From contig OZ241841.1 of assembly GCA_965202665.1 (NCBI GenBank), positions 384,001-448,000 on the forward strand: 64,000 bases of DNA, written 5' to 3'. A model generated the notes under the pieces. The model had not been told where the DNA came from and did not search any database. It was given only the letters and a program-made list of their open reading frames with translations. A program made the translations under genes and the position numbers. This stretch comes from Candidatus Spongiisociaceae bacterium. GTDB taxonomy: Bacteria > Actinomycetota > Acidimicrobiia > Spongiisociales > Spongiisociaceae. Shown piece after piece: positions 39,736 to 49,772 of the stretch (its first letter is position 1; each line of letters starts with the position of its first letter).

Positions 39736-40323
39736 TCACCAACCGTGCGCGGGGGGGTACGGGGTGATTTTTGCCGGGCCGGGGCGGAGGGTTTGCGGGG
39801 GGTGGACGGTTAGGTCGGCCACGGTGGAGGGGACGCCGCCCGGGCAACGGCCCGGCAGATAGACTTCTATCCCGTCGCCGAATATGCGGCGGGCGGCGGC
39901 GTGGTCGGCCACCGGCGGCTGGCCGCTGCGGTTGGCGCTGGTTACCGCCAGCGGGCCGTACCCGTCCAGCAACTCCAGGAGCAACGGCTGGTCGGGGATG
40001 CGCACCGCCAGGGTGCCTTGGGAATGGTCGCCCACCAGCGGGGCCAGCGTGACTTTGGAGTTGAGCACCGCCGTCAGCGGGCCCGGCCAGTGCTTTTCCA
40101 GCAGAGGGCGATGCCGGTCCGGTATTTCCACCAGTTGCTCCACTTGGGCGATGGAGGCGGCCAGAACCACCAGCGGCAGATGCTCGCCCCGGCCTTTGAG
40201 GGTGAAAAGCCGGTTCACCGCGCTGGGTGAAGACGGGTCCGCCGCCAACCCGTAGACGGTGTCGGTGGGAACTCCCGCCACCTGCTCTCCGGACAGGGCG
40301 TTCCGGGCGGCTTCCAACGACAT
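39736..40323 (-). CDS. tsaC: L-threonylcarbamoyladenylate synthase (Sua5/YrdC)
   Basis: PTDTVYGL, KGR, WPGPLT, TSANRSG. Confidence 0.93.
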   Translation of the reverse strand: MSLEAARNALSGEQVAGVPTDTVYGLAADPSSPSAVNRLFTLKGRGEHLPLVVLAASIAQVEQLVEIPDRHRPLLEKHWPGPLTAVLNSKVTLAPLVGDHSQGTLAVRIPDQPLLLELLDGYGPLAVTSANRSGQPPVADHAAARRIFGDGIEVYLPGRCPGGVPSTVADLTVHPPQTLRPGPAKITPYPPAHGW

Positions 40324-41132
40324 CAGGCCGTCCTCGCCGTCAGAAACCGATCCCGGTCGGTCAGGTCCCGGGAAATCTCCGCCTCCCAACCGCTTGCCCC
40401 GAAAATAGATGTGATTTCCGCCCCTTGCGTTTCCCCTATTTCGGCCATAAGTACCCCGTCCGGGGCCAACCAGGGACCGGCCTCCGCCGCCAGGCGACGG
40501 TAGAACAGCAGGCCATCCTCGCCGCCTACCAGAGCGACCTTCGGTTCAAAGTCGCGCACTTCGGCGGGCAACCCTTCCCACTCGCACTCCGCTATATAGG
40601 GGGGATTGGAGACCATCACATCCACCGCCCCCCGCAAACTGGCATCTAAAGGGGCCAGCAGGTCGCCCAGGAAAAAATCTATTTCCAAACCGAGCCGGCG
40701 GGCGTTGCGCCGGGCCAGGGCCAGCGCGCCGGGATCGATGTCGACGGCGACCACCCGCAGGTCGGGCCGCCGGTGTTTGACCGCCAACGCCAAGCACCCG
40801 CAACCGGTTCCCACATCCGCCACCGTCCCCGCCCCGGAGGGCAGACGGGCCATCACCCGCTCCCACAGCTGTTCGGTCTCCGGCCGGGGAATCAACACCC
40901 GCCGGTCCACATTCACCTCAATCGGCCCAAAAGCGGCCGTCCCCTCCAAATACTGCAACGGCTCCCCCGCCCGCCGCCGGGCCAGTAGCTCCGCCAACCG
41001 CACCCGTTGCCCGTCGTCCAACGCCGCCCCGCCCCCCGCCCAAGCCCGCCCCTCCCCAACAACCGCCCGCAGCAACCGATCCGCTTCATGCCGAAGCAAT
41101 CCGTCATTTCCTAATATTTCAAACATAGCCAT
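40323..41132 (-). CDS. prmC: Release factor glutamine methyltransferase
   Basis: GEPLQY, LIPRPETE, DVGTGCG, SNPPY; TGATG overlaps at both ends. Confidence 0.93.
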   Translation of the reverse strand: MAMFEILGNDGLLRHEADRLLRAVVGEGRAWAGGGAALDDGQRVRLAELLARRRAGEPLQYLEGTAAFGPIEVNVDRRVLIPRPETEQLWERVMARLPSGAGTVADVGTGCGCLALAVKHRRPDLRVVAVDIDPGALALARRNARRLGLEIDFFLGDLLAPLDASLRGAVDVMVSNPPYIAECEWEGLPAEVRDFEPKVALVGGEDGLLFYRRLAAEAGPWLAPDGVLMAEIGETQGAEITSIFGASGWEAEISRDLTDRDRFLTARTA

Positions 41133-42199
41133 CAATCGTTTGATACTGGTATCACTCCGTTCCACAGAACGAGACCAGCAACTATGACTATTGCCACGCC
41201 TGTCATTACAACTAATATACCCTTTTTACGCCACCTCTCACCCGGTTGGATAAGTTCCATAAAGGCACCGAACACAACTAGTATCAAACCGGCCATAATT
41301 GTCATCAAGATACCAGCCTCTGCGCTTTGCAAGTTGGAAACCAACTGTACACTGGAAACCACGAAAGCGATCACCGCCGCTAGTAATCCAAGTAGGGTAA
41401 GCGTCTCGCCTCGCATAGCGGCCATCTGCTTCCGAGCTCGCTCCTGTTCCTGTTTCATTTCATCTGCTTGTTGTTCTATTTCCACCGAACGTTGTTGAAG
41501 GCGAACCTTGATCCGAATCTCCTCATAACTGGTCACCCGCCACAATGTGTGCTCATCAAAGATTTCTATCTCAATAGCCTTATCAATATCCTGATAAGAA
41601 TTATTATAATTCCCTTGAAGGGCAAGTATGCGGGCTCGGTTGGCATAATATTTGGCATATTTAGGATCTGTATCTATCGCTTTTTCGATAGAAAGCATCG
41701 CTTGCTCCAATTGCTCCTCCTCCACTTGACCTCTCTCTCCTATTACCGCAACCACTTCTGTATACAGGTTCAGCGCACCCGGAGTATTCGGCAACACCTC
41801 TTTAGCCTCTTTGGCTGATTCCAAAGCCTGTTTTAAGCCACCCGGACTTGACACCTGACTCAAATCATACATACCCTGATATAATGATTTCAGTGATGAA
41901 TCGGCGTCTTGGAATGTACTACGATACTTAACAAACACTTTGCGAAACAGTTGATAATAGCGTCGCCTCCACAAGTAAGCTAGTGAAGAAGCGAGAGCGA
42001 TGACTCTAACCCCCGCTTCCTGTTCCTTGTTGCCCGCGATTTTGTTCAACCTCTCCACAAGGTCAGTCTGCAGGCTTTCGGGATCTATACGATACGGCAG
42101 ACCACGTATCGCAAGATGATACTCGTGGGAGTCTTCCTCATGCTCTTCTACTATCTCAGCAAGTAGTTGCACCAATGTGCTTGCTTCATGTTCGTTCAT
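41132..42199 (-). CDS. TPR-repeat protein with a coiled coil and 3 C-terminal TM helices
   Basis: KAI..DPKYAKYYANRARI..GNY..A..DIDKAI TPR pattern; AT-richer; AAAGGAG RBS. Confidence 0.75.
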   Translation of the reverse strand: MNEHEASTLVQLLAEIVEEHEEDSHEYHLAIRGLPYRIDPESLQTDLVERLNKIAGNKEQEAGVRVIALASSLAYLWRRRYYQLFRKVFVKYRSTFQDADSSLKSLYQGMYDLSQVSSPGGLKQALESAKEAKEVLPNTPGALNLYTEVVAVIGERGQVEEEQLEQAMLSIEKAIDTDPKYAKYYANRARILALQGNYNNSYQDIDKAIEIEIFDEHTLWRVTSYEEIRIKVRLQQRSVEIEQQADEMKQEQERARKQMAAMRGETLTLLGLLAAVIAFVVSSVQLVSNLQSAEAGILMTIMAGLILVVFGAFMELIQPGERWRKKGILVVMTGVAIVIVAGLVLWNGVIPVSND

Positions 42200-42273
42200 G
42201 GAACACTCCTTTACCGGATTTTAGGAACTAGCCTAACAGAGTACGGGAGTTACTTGTACGCGGGACGCTGGGG

Positions 42274-42534
42274 TTAGAAGTCTTGGATTCCTAGGCGGCG
42301 GCCGGTGGCTGGGACGTCTAGCTGGGTGGCGGGGGGGAGGCCCAGGTCCCGCAGGGCTTCGGCTAGGGATCGCATTACATCCTCTACCTGGTCGGGGTCG
42401 GACACTTCTAGGTCTATGGACGACTCGGTGGCGCCTATCACCGTCCCGGAGCGGCCGGCGGCTCCTTGCACGGCGCTTTCTATCACACCCGGGTCCAGGC
42501 CGGCCTCGGCGGGGAAACGGACGAACACGATCAT
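42274..42534 (-). CDS. Small hypothetical protein (86 aa) coupled to prfA
   Basis: ATGA overlap with the prfA stop; GGAGGAGG RBS; MIVFVRFPAEAG... Confidence 0.6.
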   Translation of the reverse strand: MIVFVRFPAEAGLDPGVIESAVQGAAGRSGTVIGATESSIDLEVSDPDQVEDVMRSLAEALRDLGLPPATQLDVPATGRRLGIQDF

Positions 42535-43628
42535 CCGCCCTCCTCCAAACGGCGGGCCGACTCTTCGGACGCCGCCGCGTCCACCATTTGATCCAAATTC
42601 CCTTCCAAAATCTGCGGCAACCTTTTCACGGTCAGGCCGATGCGATGGTCGGTCACCCGGTTCTCCTTGAAATTGTAGGTTCGGATCTTCTCGGAGCGGT
42701 CGCCGCTTCCGATCTGCGACCGGCGCCCGGAGGCCTCCGAGGCCTGTTGTTCTTCCAGCATCGCCTGATACAACCGGGCCCGCAACACCCGAAAAGCCTT
42801 CTCCTTGTTCTGCAACTGCGACTTCTCGTCCTGGCAGGTGACCGTCAGGCCGGTGGGCAGAAATGTGAGACGCACCGCCGAATCGGTGGTGTTCACCGAC
42901 TGGCCCCCCGGTCCCGAAGAGCGGAAAGTGTCCACTTTCACATCCGCCGGGTCGAGGGCCACCTCCACTTCTTCGGCTTCGGCCATCACCGCCACCGTGG
43001 CCGTGGAAGTGTGCACCCGCCCCTGCGACTCGGTTTGGGGGACACGTTGCACCCGATGCACGCCCGCCTCGTATTTGAACCGGGAAAACGCCCCTTTGCC
43101 TTTCACCGCGAAGGCGACCCTGCTCAACCCTCCGGCTTCCGAGGCGGAACTGCCCATCGGCTCCACCCCGAATCCCCGCCGCTCCGCGTACCGCTCGTAC
43201 ATTCGCAACAGATCCCGGGCCCACAAAGCGGCCTCCGCCCCGCCGGCCGCGGCCCGTATTTCCACGATCACGTCTTTGCCGTCATCGGGGTCGGCGGACA
43301 ACAAGGCGGCTCGCAACTGGTCGGACAGGCGGGCCGCCTCCTCCCGCCGGGCGGCGGCCATGTCCCGGAAGCCGGCCGCCAACTCCGGGTCGGCCTCCGC
43401 CTCGGCCAACTCCAGGGCCTCCCCGGCCTCCTCCCAACCGGCTTTGATCTCCCGAAAAGAGGCCACCAAAGGGCGCAGTTCGGCGTAGCGGCGGCTGGCC
43501 TCCTCGTAGCGGGCAAGGTCGGCCAGCACCGCCGGGTCGGCCAGCTCCCGTCCGGTGCTCTCAAAAGACTCCTCCATCTCCGCCATGCGCGCCCGCAACC
43601 GCTCGTCCATCGTCCCGTCTCCGCTCAT
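42531..43628 (-). CDS. prfA: Peptide chain release factor 1
   Basis: VQRVPQTE (PxT), GPGGQSVNTTDSAVR, RSEKIRTYN. Confidence 0.97.
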   Translation of the reverse strand: MSGDGTMDERLRARMAEMEESFESTGRELADPAVLADLARYEEASRRYAELRPLVASFREIKAGWEEAGEALELAEAEADPELAAGFRDMAAARREEAARLSDQLRAALLSADPDDGKDVIVEIRAAAGGAEAALWARDLLRMYERYAERRGFGVEPMGSSASEAGGLSRVAFAVKGKGAFSRFKYEAGVHRVQRVPQTESQGRVHTSTATVAVMAEAEEVEVALDPADVKVDTFRSSGPGGQSVNTTDSAVRLTFLPTGLTVTCQDEKSQLQNKEKAFRVLRARLYQAMLEEQQASEASGRRSQIGSGDRSEKIRTYNFKENRVTDHRIGLTVKRLPQILEGNLDQMVDAAASEESARRLEEGG

Positions 43629-44566
43629 CCGCCGAAGGCGCGCCAGGCCCCGTCCGCCACCGTCCCCCGGGCTTTTACCTCCTCTACCTCCTCCGGGGTG
43701 AGGGCGAACAGCAGGGAAGCCACCGCCACTTCCATCATCGACGGCTCCGGGGGGCGGGTGGTCAGCCGTTGCAGCCACAGGCCGGGGGCGGCCAGAATGC
43801 GGCTGAACCAACCGTCGGGGCGCAACGCCCCCAGTTTCAGCACCTCGTAGGAAATGCCGGCGATGACCGGCAGCAAAAGCACCCGGCTGGCTATCAGCCA
43901 AAACCAGGGCAACTCCCCCACCAAGCCGAACACCACGATGGCGGTCAGCATCACTATCAGCAAAAAGCTGGTTCCGCATCGCGGGTGTTGCGGTGGGTGG
44001 GAGCCGATGTGCTCCAAATCCAAAGGCTGGTCGGCTTCGTAAGCGTGGATGGTCATATGCTCGGCGCCGTGATAGGCGAACACCCGGCGGATGTCCTCCA
44101 TCCGCCCGATGGCCCATATGTAACCGACGAACAGGGCGATGCGTATCCCCGCTTCTATCGCCTGAAACGCCAAAGTGTCGGCCCCGAAACCGGTGAGGCG
44201 CACCGCCAGCAGGGGCAGAACGATGAACACCCCCACGAAAAAGGCCAGGGCGACCGCCATGGACAAGCTGATCTGGCGTTTGGAAATCGTCTCCTCCGGC
44301 GCGTCCGGTTCCTCCGTCGACTTGTGGGCCGACCAAGCCAGCGCCCGGTAGCCCAGCACCAGGCTCTCCCCCAACACCATCACCCCCCGCACCAACGGCA
44401 CCCGGGCCCAAACGGAACGGGAACTGAGGCGGGGCAGATGGTGGGCTTGGGCGACGATTTCCCCGGACGGGGCGCGCACCGCCACCGCCCACCCGGACGG
44501 GGCGCGCATCATCACCCCCTCCAAGACGGCCTGGCCGCCGACTTTGGCACCCGGAGGGCGCGCCAC
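43625..44566 (-). CDS. DUF1385 domain membrane protein
   Basis: [25 protein letters not shown]. Confidence 0.92.
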   Translation of the reverse strand: MARPPGAKVGGQAVLEGVMMRAPSGWAVAVRAPSGEIVAQAHHLPRLSSRSVWARVPLVRGVMVLGESLVLGYRALAWSAHKSTEEPDAPEETISKRQISLSMAVALAFFVGVFIVLPLLAVRLTGFGADTLAFQAIEAGIRIALFVGYIWAIGRMEDIRRVFAYHGAEHMTIHAYEADQPLDLEHIGSHPPQHPRCGTSFLLIVMLTAIVVFGLVGELPWFWLIASRVLLLPVIAGISYEVLKLGALRPDGWFSRILAAPGLWLQRLTTRPPEPSMMEVAVASLLFALTPEEVEEVKARGTVADGAWRAFGG

Positions 44567-44583
44567 CGGCTGGTTCCCCTGAG

Positions 44584-44874
44584 TTAGGAGTCGGCTTCGG
44601 AGCCCGCGTCCTTGTTTTTGGAGTCGCGGGCCAGTTTGCCGTAGCGCCGCTCGAAGCGTTCCACCCGTCCGCCGGTGTCCACCAGTTTCTGCTTGCCGGT
44701 GTAGAACGGGTGGCTGGCGCTGGAAATCTCCACCCGGGCCATCGGGTAGGTTTCACCGTCCTCCCATTCGATGGTTTCCGTGGCGGGAATGGTGGAACGG
44801 GTCAGAAACGCAAAGTCGACCGAGGTGTCCCGGAACACGACCGGGCGGTATTCGGGGTGGATGTCAGGTTTCAC
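44584..44874 (-). CDS. rpmE2: 50S ribosomal protein L31 type B (Cys-free)
   Basis: [29 protein letters not shown]. Confidence 0.96.
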   Translation of the reverse strand: MKPDIHPEYRPVVFRDTSVDFAFLTRSTIPATETIEWEDGETYPMARVEISSASHPFYTGKQKLVDTGGRVERFERRYGKLARDSKNKDAGSEADS

Positions 44875-44991
44875 GATACTCCTGCTTATGCGTTCTTATG
44901 CGTTGCGACCGCGGCGCGGGAAGCGCGCCGGTCGGGCAGATGACAGGCCGATTATGCCACAATCCGGGCGCTTTGGGAAATCAACCCCCGC

Positions 44992-45600
44992 TCAACGTTG
45001 GGAAAGGTCCACCGGGACCGCATGGCGGGGCCCAATCGGGTCGCCCGGGCGGGGCGGCTCCAAAAAGGTGATGCTCTCGTAGAAATCATCCAGCTCCACG
45101 AACTTGCCCGCCTGCTCGGCCCACTGCCGCATCCGATTGTTGCAACTGTGTTGCCACGACAGAACCTCGATCCCCCAACCCCGGCTGTGCATGCGTTCCA
45201 AATCAGCGTGAAAACCAACCCCGTCGTGGAAACCGGATCCGTCGCCGGTGAGCATTACCACCGTGCCGGGATTTCCGCTGTAATCCAAAGCATCGCGCAA
45301 CATGGCGCTTTGCAAAATCGCATCCGCGCCTTGTTCCCCGCTCCGCCCCGCACCGCGATCCAGCAGGTGAACGGCGACGCCCTCCCTTTCCAAGCCGTTC
45401 CAAACATGCCTCAGCTCGGGCGGTACGGAACCCACCGCTACCGCGTGCTCAATTTCCCGCCCGGCGCGGGCCAGTTCCAACAGATTGCGGAAATGGATGC
45501 GCACCCGGTAGCGGGCGTCGTCGCCTTCCCGCCCAGCCGCTGCCTCTTGGCCGCCGATATAGATATTGGAGTTGTCCCAGTAGATGAAAGCTTTGTGCAC
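44992..45600 (-). CDS. NYN (LabA/DUF88, PIN-like) domain protein
   Basis: YWDNSNI, EQGAD, LTGDG..F, GW.IEV.SW. Confidence 0.85.
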   Translation of the reverse strand: MHKAFIYWDNSNIYIGGQEAAAGREGDDARYRVRIHFRNLLELARAGREIEHAVAVGSVPPELRHVWNGLEREGVAVHLLDRGAGRSGEQGADAILQSAMLRDALDYSGNPGTVVMLTGDGSGFHDGVGFHADLERMHSRGWGIEVLSWQHSCNNRMRQWAEQAGKFVELDDFYESITFLEPPRPGDPIGPRHAVPVDLSQR

Positions 45601-45650
45601 TCCCTGCCTCCGGTGTCGGAACGGGTCATTATAGGGGGCTTGCGCGGGGC

Positions 45651-47357
45651 TTAGGCGCGGAGGGCGGCGGTGGCTGGTTCGTCTACTTCCAGCGTGTCGG
45701 GGTTTACGGCCACCCCGTAGTCGCGCTGGGCGGACTCGGGGGAAACGAAGCCGTTGCGGACGTCGCGGGCCACCTTTTGCGGGTCGCGTTGGCGGGGGTC
45801 GCCCCAGCCGCCTCCGCCTCCGGTGTTGTTGGCCAGGGCCGTGTCGGCGGGCAGGAGGTTGTAACTGCCCCCTTTGCGCTCCTCCTGTTCCGTGCCGGGA
45901 TTAATGACGATGTGGTTGGGGTCGCCTTCCCCGCCGCCGTTGATGCCCCATGGGGCGCTCTTCGTCTTGTAGAGGATGGAGATGGCGGTGGTGGGCGCGT
46001 TGAACCGGTACACCCGGCTCACCCCCACCCCGCCCCGGAACTGTCCCAGCCCGCCGGTGTCGGCGCGGTAGCCGTAACTTTCGATCAGCATGGGGCCTTT
46101 CACTTCCAGCACCTCCACCGGGTTGTTGCGGCAACCGGGCTCGGTGAGGTGCATGATGCCGTCTTCGCCGTCCCCCCCGGCGTGCGCCCCGAACCCGACC
46201 GCGTCGTTGGTGGCCTCCAGCCAGGGCCCGTCGGTGCGGGGGTTGTGTCCCAGGGCCATCACCGAACAGACATCCCCGCCGGAGCAGGCGGGAACCCGAT
46301 CCGGCATCCCCTGCGCCAAAGCCTTCAGCATCACCTCCCCGCCCAACAGCCCCGTCCACAGGGTGAAAGTGGGCATGGGGGGCACGGCGTGCATCACCGA
46401 CCCCTCTTTGGTGATGATGCGCAACGGCCGGAAGTTGCCAGCCGTAACCCCCGTGTCCGGGGTGGTGAGGGCTTTGAAAATCAGGCAGTTGAAGGCCTCG
46501 GTCATTCCCCGGGGCAGGTTGATCGGCCCCCGCACATCGTCGGCGCTTTCCGTCCAGTCCACCACCATCTCTTGGTCGGTGATGGTGATGGTCACCGCCA
46601 TCTTCACCAGTTTGTCCAAATCCACCCCGTCGTGGTCCACGTAATCCACCGCGCTCCACGTGCCTTTCGGCATCCGCTTCAAAGCCGCCAGCGCCAGCCG
46701 TTCCCCATGGTCGTTGATGGCGATCATCGCTTCGGTCAGGGTTTCCGTCCCGAATTTGGCCACGATCTCCTGAGTGCGGCGCACGCCGGTCACCACCGCC
46801 GACACCTGCGCCTGCAAGTCGCCGATGGTGTGGTTGGGGAGGCGGCTGTTGAAACGCACGATGTTGAAAATGTCTTCGTTGATTTCCCCCTCCCGGTACA
46901 GTCTCACCACCGGGAAGAAAATCCCTTCCTGGTACATGTCGGTGGAGTCCAACACGTAGCCGGGGTCTTTTTGCTTCAGATCCAAGACGTGCACCCGGCA
47001 GGAGGTGAAACCCACCAGCTCCCCGTCCACGTGGACAGGGGCGAAAATCAGCGGGTCCAAGGTGTGGGCGGAGGACCAGTAGGGGTAGTTGTTGAGGAAA
47101 ATGTCCCCCGGTTTCATCGCCTCTTTGCCCAGGAACTCGATGGAACGTTTGATCCCGTAGTCGTTGCCCCGGGTGAACACCGCTATGCCGGGGGCGTCGG
47201 CCACGATATCCCCGTTCGCATCGTGCACCCCCACCCCGTAGTCGTGAATCTCGTACACCACCGTGTTGTAGGAGGTGCGGCACAGGTTGCGGGCCATCTC
47301 CTCGCAGGCCGACAGCAACCCGTGGCGGATAATCTCGATGGTGATGGGGTCAATCAT
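45651..47357 (-). CDS. Hydantoinase B/oxoprolinase family subunit
   Basis: DPITIEII, GDIFL.NYPY..H..D, GDLQAQ, G.G.FRGG.G, GGGGWGDP. Confidence 0.93.
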   Translation of the reverse strand: MIDPITIEIIRHGLLSACEEMARNLCRTSYNTVVYEIHDYGVGVHDANGDIVADAPGIAVFTRGNDYGIKRSIEFLGKEAMKPGDIFLNNYPYWSSAHTLDPLIFAPVHVDGELVGFTSCRVHVLDLKQKDPGYVLDSTDMYQEGIFFPVVRLYREGEINEDIFNIVRFNSRLPNHTIGDLQAQVSAVVTGVRRTQEIVAKFGTETLTEAMIAINDHGERLALAALKRMPKGTWSAVDYVDHDGVDLDKLVKMAVTITITDQEMVVDWTESADDVRGPINLPRGMTEAFNCLIFKALTTPDTGVTAGNFRPLRIITKEGSVMHAVPPMPTFTLWTGLLGGEVMLKALAQGMPDRVPACSGGDVCSVMALGHNPRTDGPWLEATNDAVGFGAHAGGDGEDGIMHLTEPGCRNNPVEVLEVKGPMLIESYGYRADTGGLGQFRGGVGVSRVYRFNAPTTAISILYKTKSAPWGINGGGEGDPNHIVINPGTEQEERKGGSYNLLPADTALANNTGGGGGWGDPRQRDPQKVARDVRNGFVSPESAQRDYGVAVNPDTLEVDEPATAALRA

Positions 47358-49402
47358 TGCCCGCCTCCTTCCAAGTTTCCCAGGGTGATGATCAGTTCTC
47401 CATGCTCGCCCACCTGCAAACCGTCCCCGTCGTGGATGACGGTGGTGGCGGTGTGCTCCACGATCACCGCCGGGCCGGCGATCCGGTCCCCGGCGAACAG
47501 GTCGTCCCGGGCGTAGACCGCCGTCTCCCCGCGGGAGGCCCCCGCCTCGGTGATCACGGTCCGCACCCCCAGCGGGCGCGGTTCGCCGTCGGCGCGGGAC
47601 CCCCGCGCCGGCAAACGGGGCTTGTCCACCACCCCCACCGCGCTCAGGCGGAAGGTGGTGACCTGCACCGGGTCGGTCAGGGTGTGCCCGTAATGCTGCT
47701 TGTGCATTTCGGCGAACTTTTCTTCCAGGAAACCGAGCGGGTCCTGCGCATCGGCGGGGAGATGAACGGAAACGGTGTGTTCCTGGCCGGTGTAGCGCAG
47801 GTCCACCGCCCGCGTCAGCCGATGGCGGGAAGCCTCGAATCCTTCCGCTTCCAGCAACCGCCCCGCTTCGGCCCCCATTTCTTCGTACACCGCCTCCAGC
47901 CGTTCCAAGGTCAGATCCGACAGGCCCATGACCGAGGTCTGGGCCAAGTCGTGCTGGACGTCGGTGAGCAACATTCCGAAAGCGGAGAAGGCGCCCTGGC
48001 CGGGGGGGATGATCACTTTGCGCATGCCCAGTTGCTGCGCCACGTCCACCGCCACGATGCCGCCCGCCCCGCCGAAGGCCAGCAGGGCGAAATCTTTCGG
48101 GTCCCGGCCCAGTTCGATGGTGATGGAACGCACCGCCCCCGCTACTTTGGCGGCGGAAATCTGCACCACCCCGCCCGCCAACTTCTCCACCGACATTTCC
48201 ATCCGTTCCGCTATCGGCTGCAAGGCGCGCCGGGCAAAATCCTCATCCAAGGCCAAGGTTCCCCCCAGCGGGGTTTCCGGCCCCAGATAACCGACCACCA
48301 GGGCGGCGTCGGTGAAAGTGGGCAACTCTCCCCCTGCTCCGTAGGAGGCGGGACCGGGGTCGGCCCCGGCGCTCTGCGGGCCGACCTGCAGGCCGCCCGC
48401 CTCGTCCACCCACACGATGGAACCGCCCCCCGCCCCGATGGTGTGAATGTAGAGGGAGGTGGTGTTGATGGGCAGGCCTTCGAAGTTGGCGCCCTGGTAC
48501 AGCACCGGCCGTCCGTCGATGACCAGCGAGGCGTCCAAGCTGGTGCCCCCCATGTCCACCGTGATCAGGTTCGGCTCCCCCACCAGCCGGGAAAAGTTGG
48601 CCGCCCCGATCACCCCGCCCGCCGGACCGGACAGCACCAGGTTGACCGGCTGTTCGCGGGCCGCCACGGCGGTCATCGCCCCGCCCCCGGAGCGCATCAT
48701 CAGAAACTCGCCCGCGAAGTCCTCGGCCGCCAAACGGTTTTCCATGTCGTACAGATAGGTGCGCATTATCGGCTTGATGTAGGCGTCGAGCACGGTGGTG
48801 CTGGTCCGTTCGTATTCCCGGTATTCGCGGGACAGGTCCGAGGACAGCGACACTTCCACCCCCGGGGCCACTTCGGACAGGACCTCCCGCATGGCCCGCT
48901 CGTGGGCCGGGTTGGAGTAGGAATGGAGGAAGGCCACCGCCGCCGACTGATAGCCGCCGTCCCGCACCGCCTCCGCCGCCCGCCGGGCGTGCTCCCGGTC
49001 GAATTCGGCGTGTACGGTTCCGTCGAACAGCATCCGCCCCCGCACCCCGAAGGTGTCGCTGCGCTCCACCAAGGCCGGGGGTTTGCGGTAGAGGATGTTG
49101 TAGTTGCCTTCCCGGTCGGTGCGGCCCAACAGAAACACGTCCCGGAAACCTTCGGTGGCGATGACCGCGGTGCGGGCCCCGGTGCGGGTCAGGAGGGCGT
49201 TCAGTCCCAGGGTGGTGCCGTGGGTGAACAAGGTGGCGTCGGACAGGGCCGCCTCCGCTTTAGCGAAGGAGTCGATCACGCCCAAAGTGGGCTCCGCCGG
49301 GGTGGTGGGAACCTTCTCGAACAGCAGTCGGCCGTCTTCGTCCAGCCGCACCACATCGGTGAAAGTGCCGCCCACGTCCACTGCCAGCCTGGTTTTGCCC
49401 AT
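47354..49402 (-). CDS. Hydantoinase A/oxoprolinase family subunit (ATP-dependent)
   Basis: DVGGTFTD, HGTT, SGPAGGV, DMGGTS, GPQSAGADPGPA. Confidence 0.95.
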   Translation of the reverse strand: MGKTRLAVDVGGTFTDVVRLDEDGRLLFEKVPTTPAEPTLGVIDSFAKAEAALSDATLFTHGTTLGLNALLTRTGARTAVIATEGFRDVFLLGRTDREGNYNILYRKPPALVERSDTFGVRGRMLFDGTVHAEFDREHARRAAEAVRDGGYQSAAVAFLHSYSNPAHERAMREVLSEVAPGVEVSLSSDLSREYREYERTSTTVLDAYIKPIMRTYLYDMENRLAAEDFAGEFLMMRSGGGAMTAVAAREQPVNLVLSGPAGGVIGAANFSRLVGEPNLITVDMGGTSLDASLVIDGRPVLYQGANFEGLPINTTSLYIHTIGAGGGSIVWVDEAGGLQVGPQSAGADPGPASYGAGGELPTFTDAALVVGYLGPETPLGGTLALDEDFARRALQPIAERMEMSVEKLAGGVVQISAAKVAGAVRSITIELGRDPKDFALLAFGGAGGIVAVDVAQQLGMRKVIIPPGQGAFSAFGMLLTDVQHDLAQTSVMGLSDLTLERLEAVYEEMGAEAGRLLEAEGFEASRHRLTRAVDLRYTGQEHTVSVHLPADAQDPLGFLEEKFAEMHKQHYGHTLTDPVQVTTFRLSAVGVVDKPRLPARGSRADGEPRPLGVRTVITEAGASRGETAVYARDDLFAGDRIAGPAVIVEHTATTVIHDGDGLQVGEHGELIITLGNLEGGGQ

Positions 49403-49439
49403 GTTCTTTACCTCCTGTCGCGGATGTCTGTCTCGCCGT

Positions 49440-49772
49440 TCATTCGCCGCCCGGCCGCTCGGAGCCGGTGCGGTGCGCCACCCGGAAAACGCCGCCCCGG
49501 GTGGCGGCCGAAATCGGCTCCTCCAAAAGCGGATTGAGCTCCGCCGCCAAATCCCCCCGGTCGGAACGCCCCACCCACCGATCGTAGGCCTCTTGATCGT
49601 CCCAGGCGGCTGTGACAATAACCCGCCGGCCGTCCTCGGAGACGGTGAACTCGGCGGTGCGGCAGCCCGGATGATCGGCCGAAGTCTCCAAAATCCGCAA
49701 CTCCCGGAACTTGTCCAGCAACGGGGCCGCCCGCCCCCCTTTGGGACGGAACTCCAGGTAGGTGCGGATCAT
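49440..49772 (-). CDS. ABM (antibiotic biosynthesis monooxygenase-like) protein
   Basis: PGC..AE..V..TAAWDDQEAYDRW; ATGA overlap with the upstream gene. Confidence 0.7.
   Translation of the reverse strand: MIRTYLEFRPKGGRAAPLLDKFRELRILETSADHPGCRTAEFTVSEDGRRVIVTAAWDDQEAYDRWVGRSDRGDLAAELNPLLEEPISAATRGGVFRVAHRTGSERPGGE

Noticed and set aside
42531-44756. 741-aa prfA and other over-extended ORF-track starts (RACE, amidohydrolase, atpB, hom)
   Set aside because: The upstream extensions overlap real neighbouring genes; starts were reassigned using RBS, stop-start overlaps and family N-termini.
44875-44991. Zur box or zinc-starvation control of L31 type B
   Set aside because: No Zur-like palindrome seen; the gene sits at the canonical L31 position, so it is probably the primary copy.
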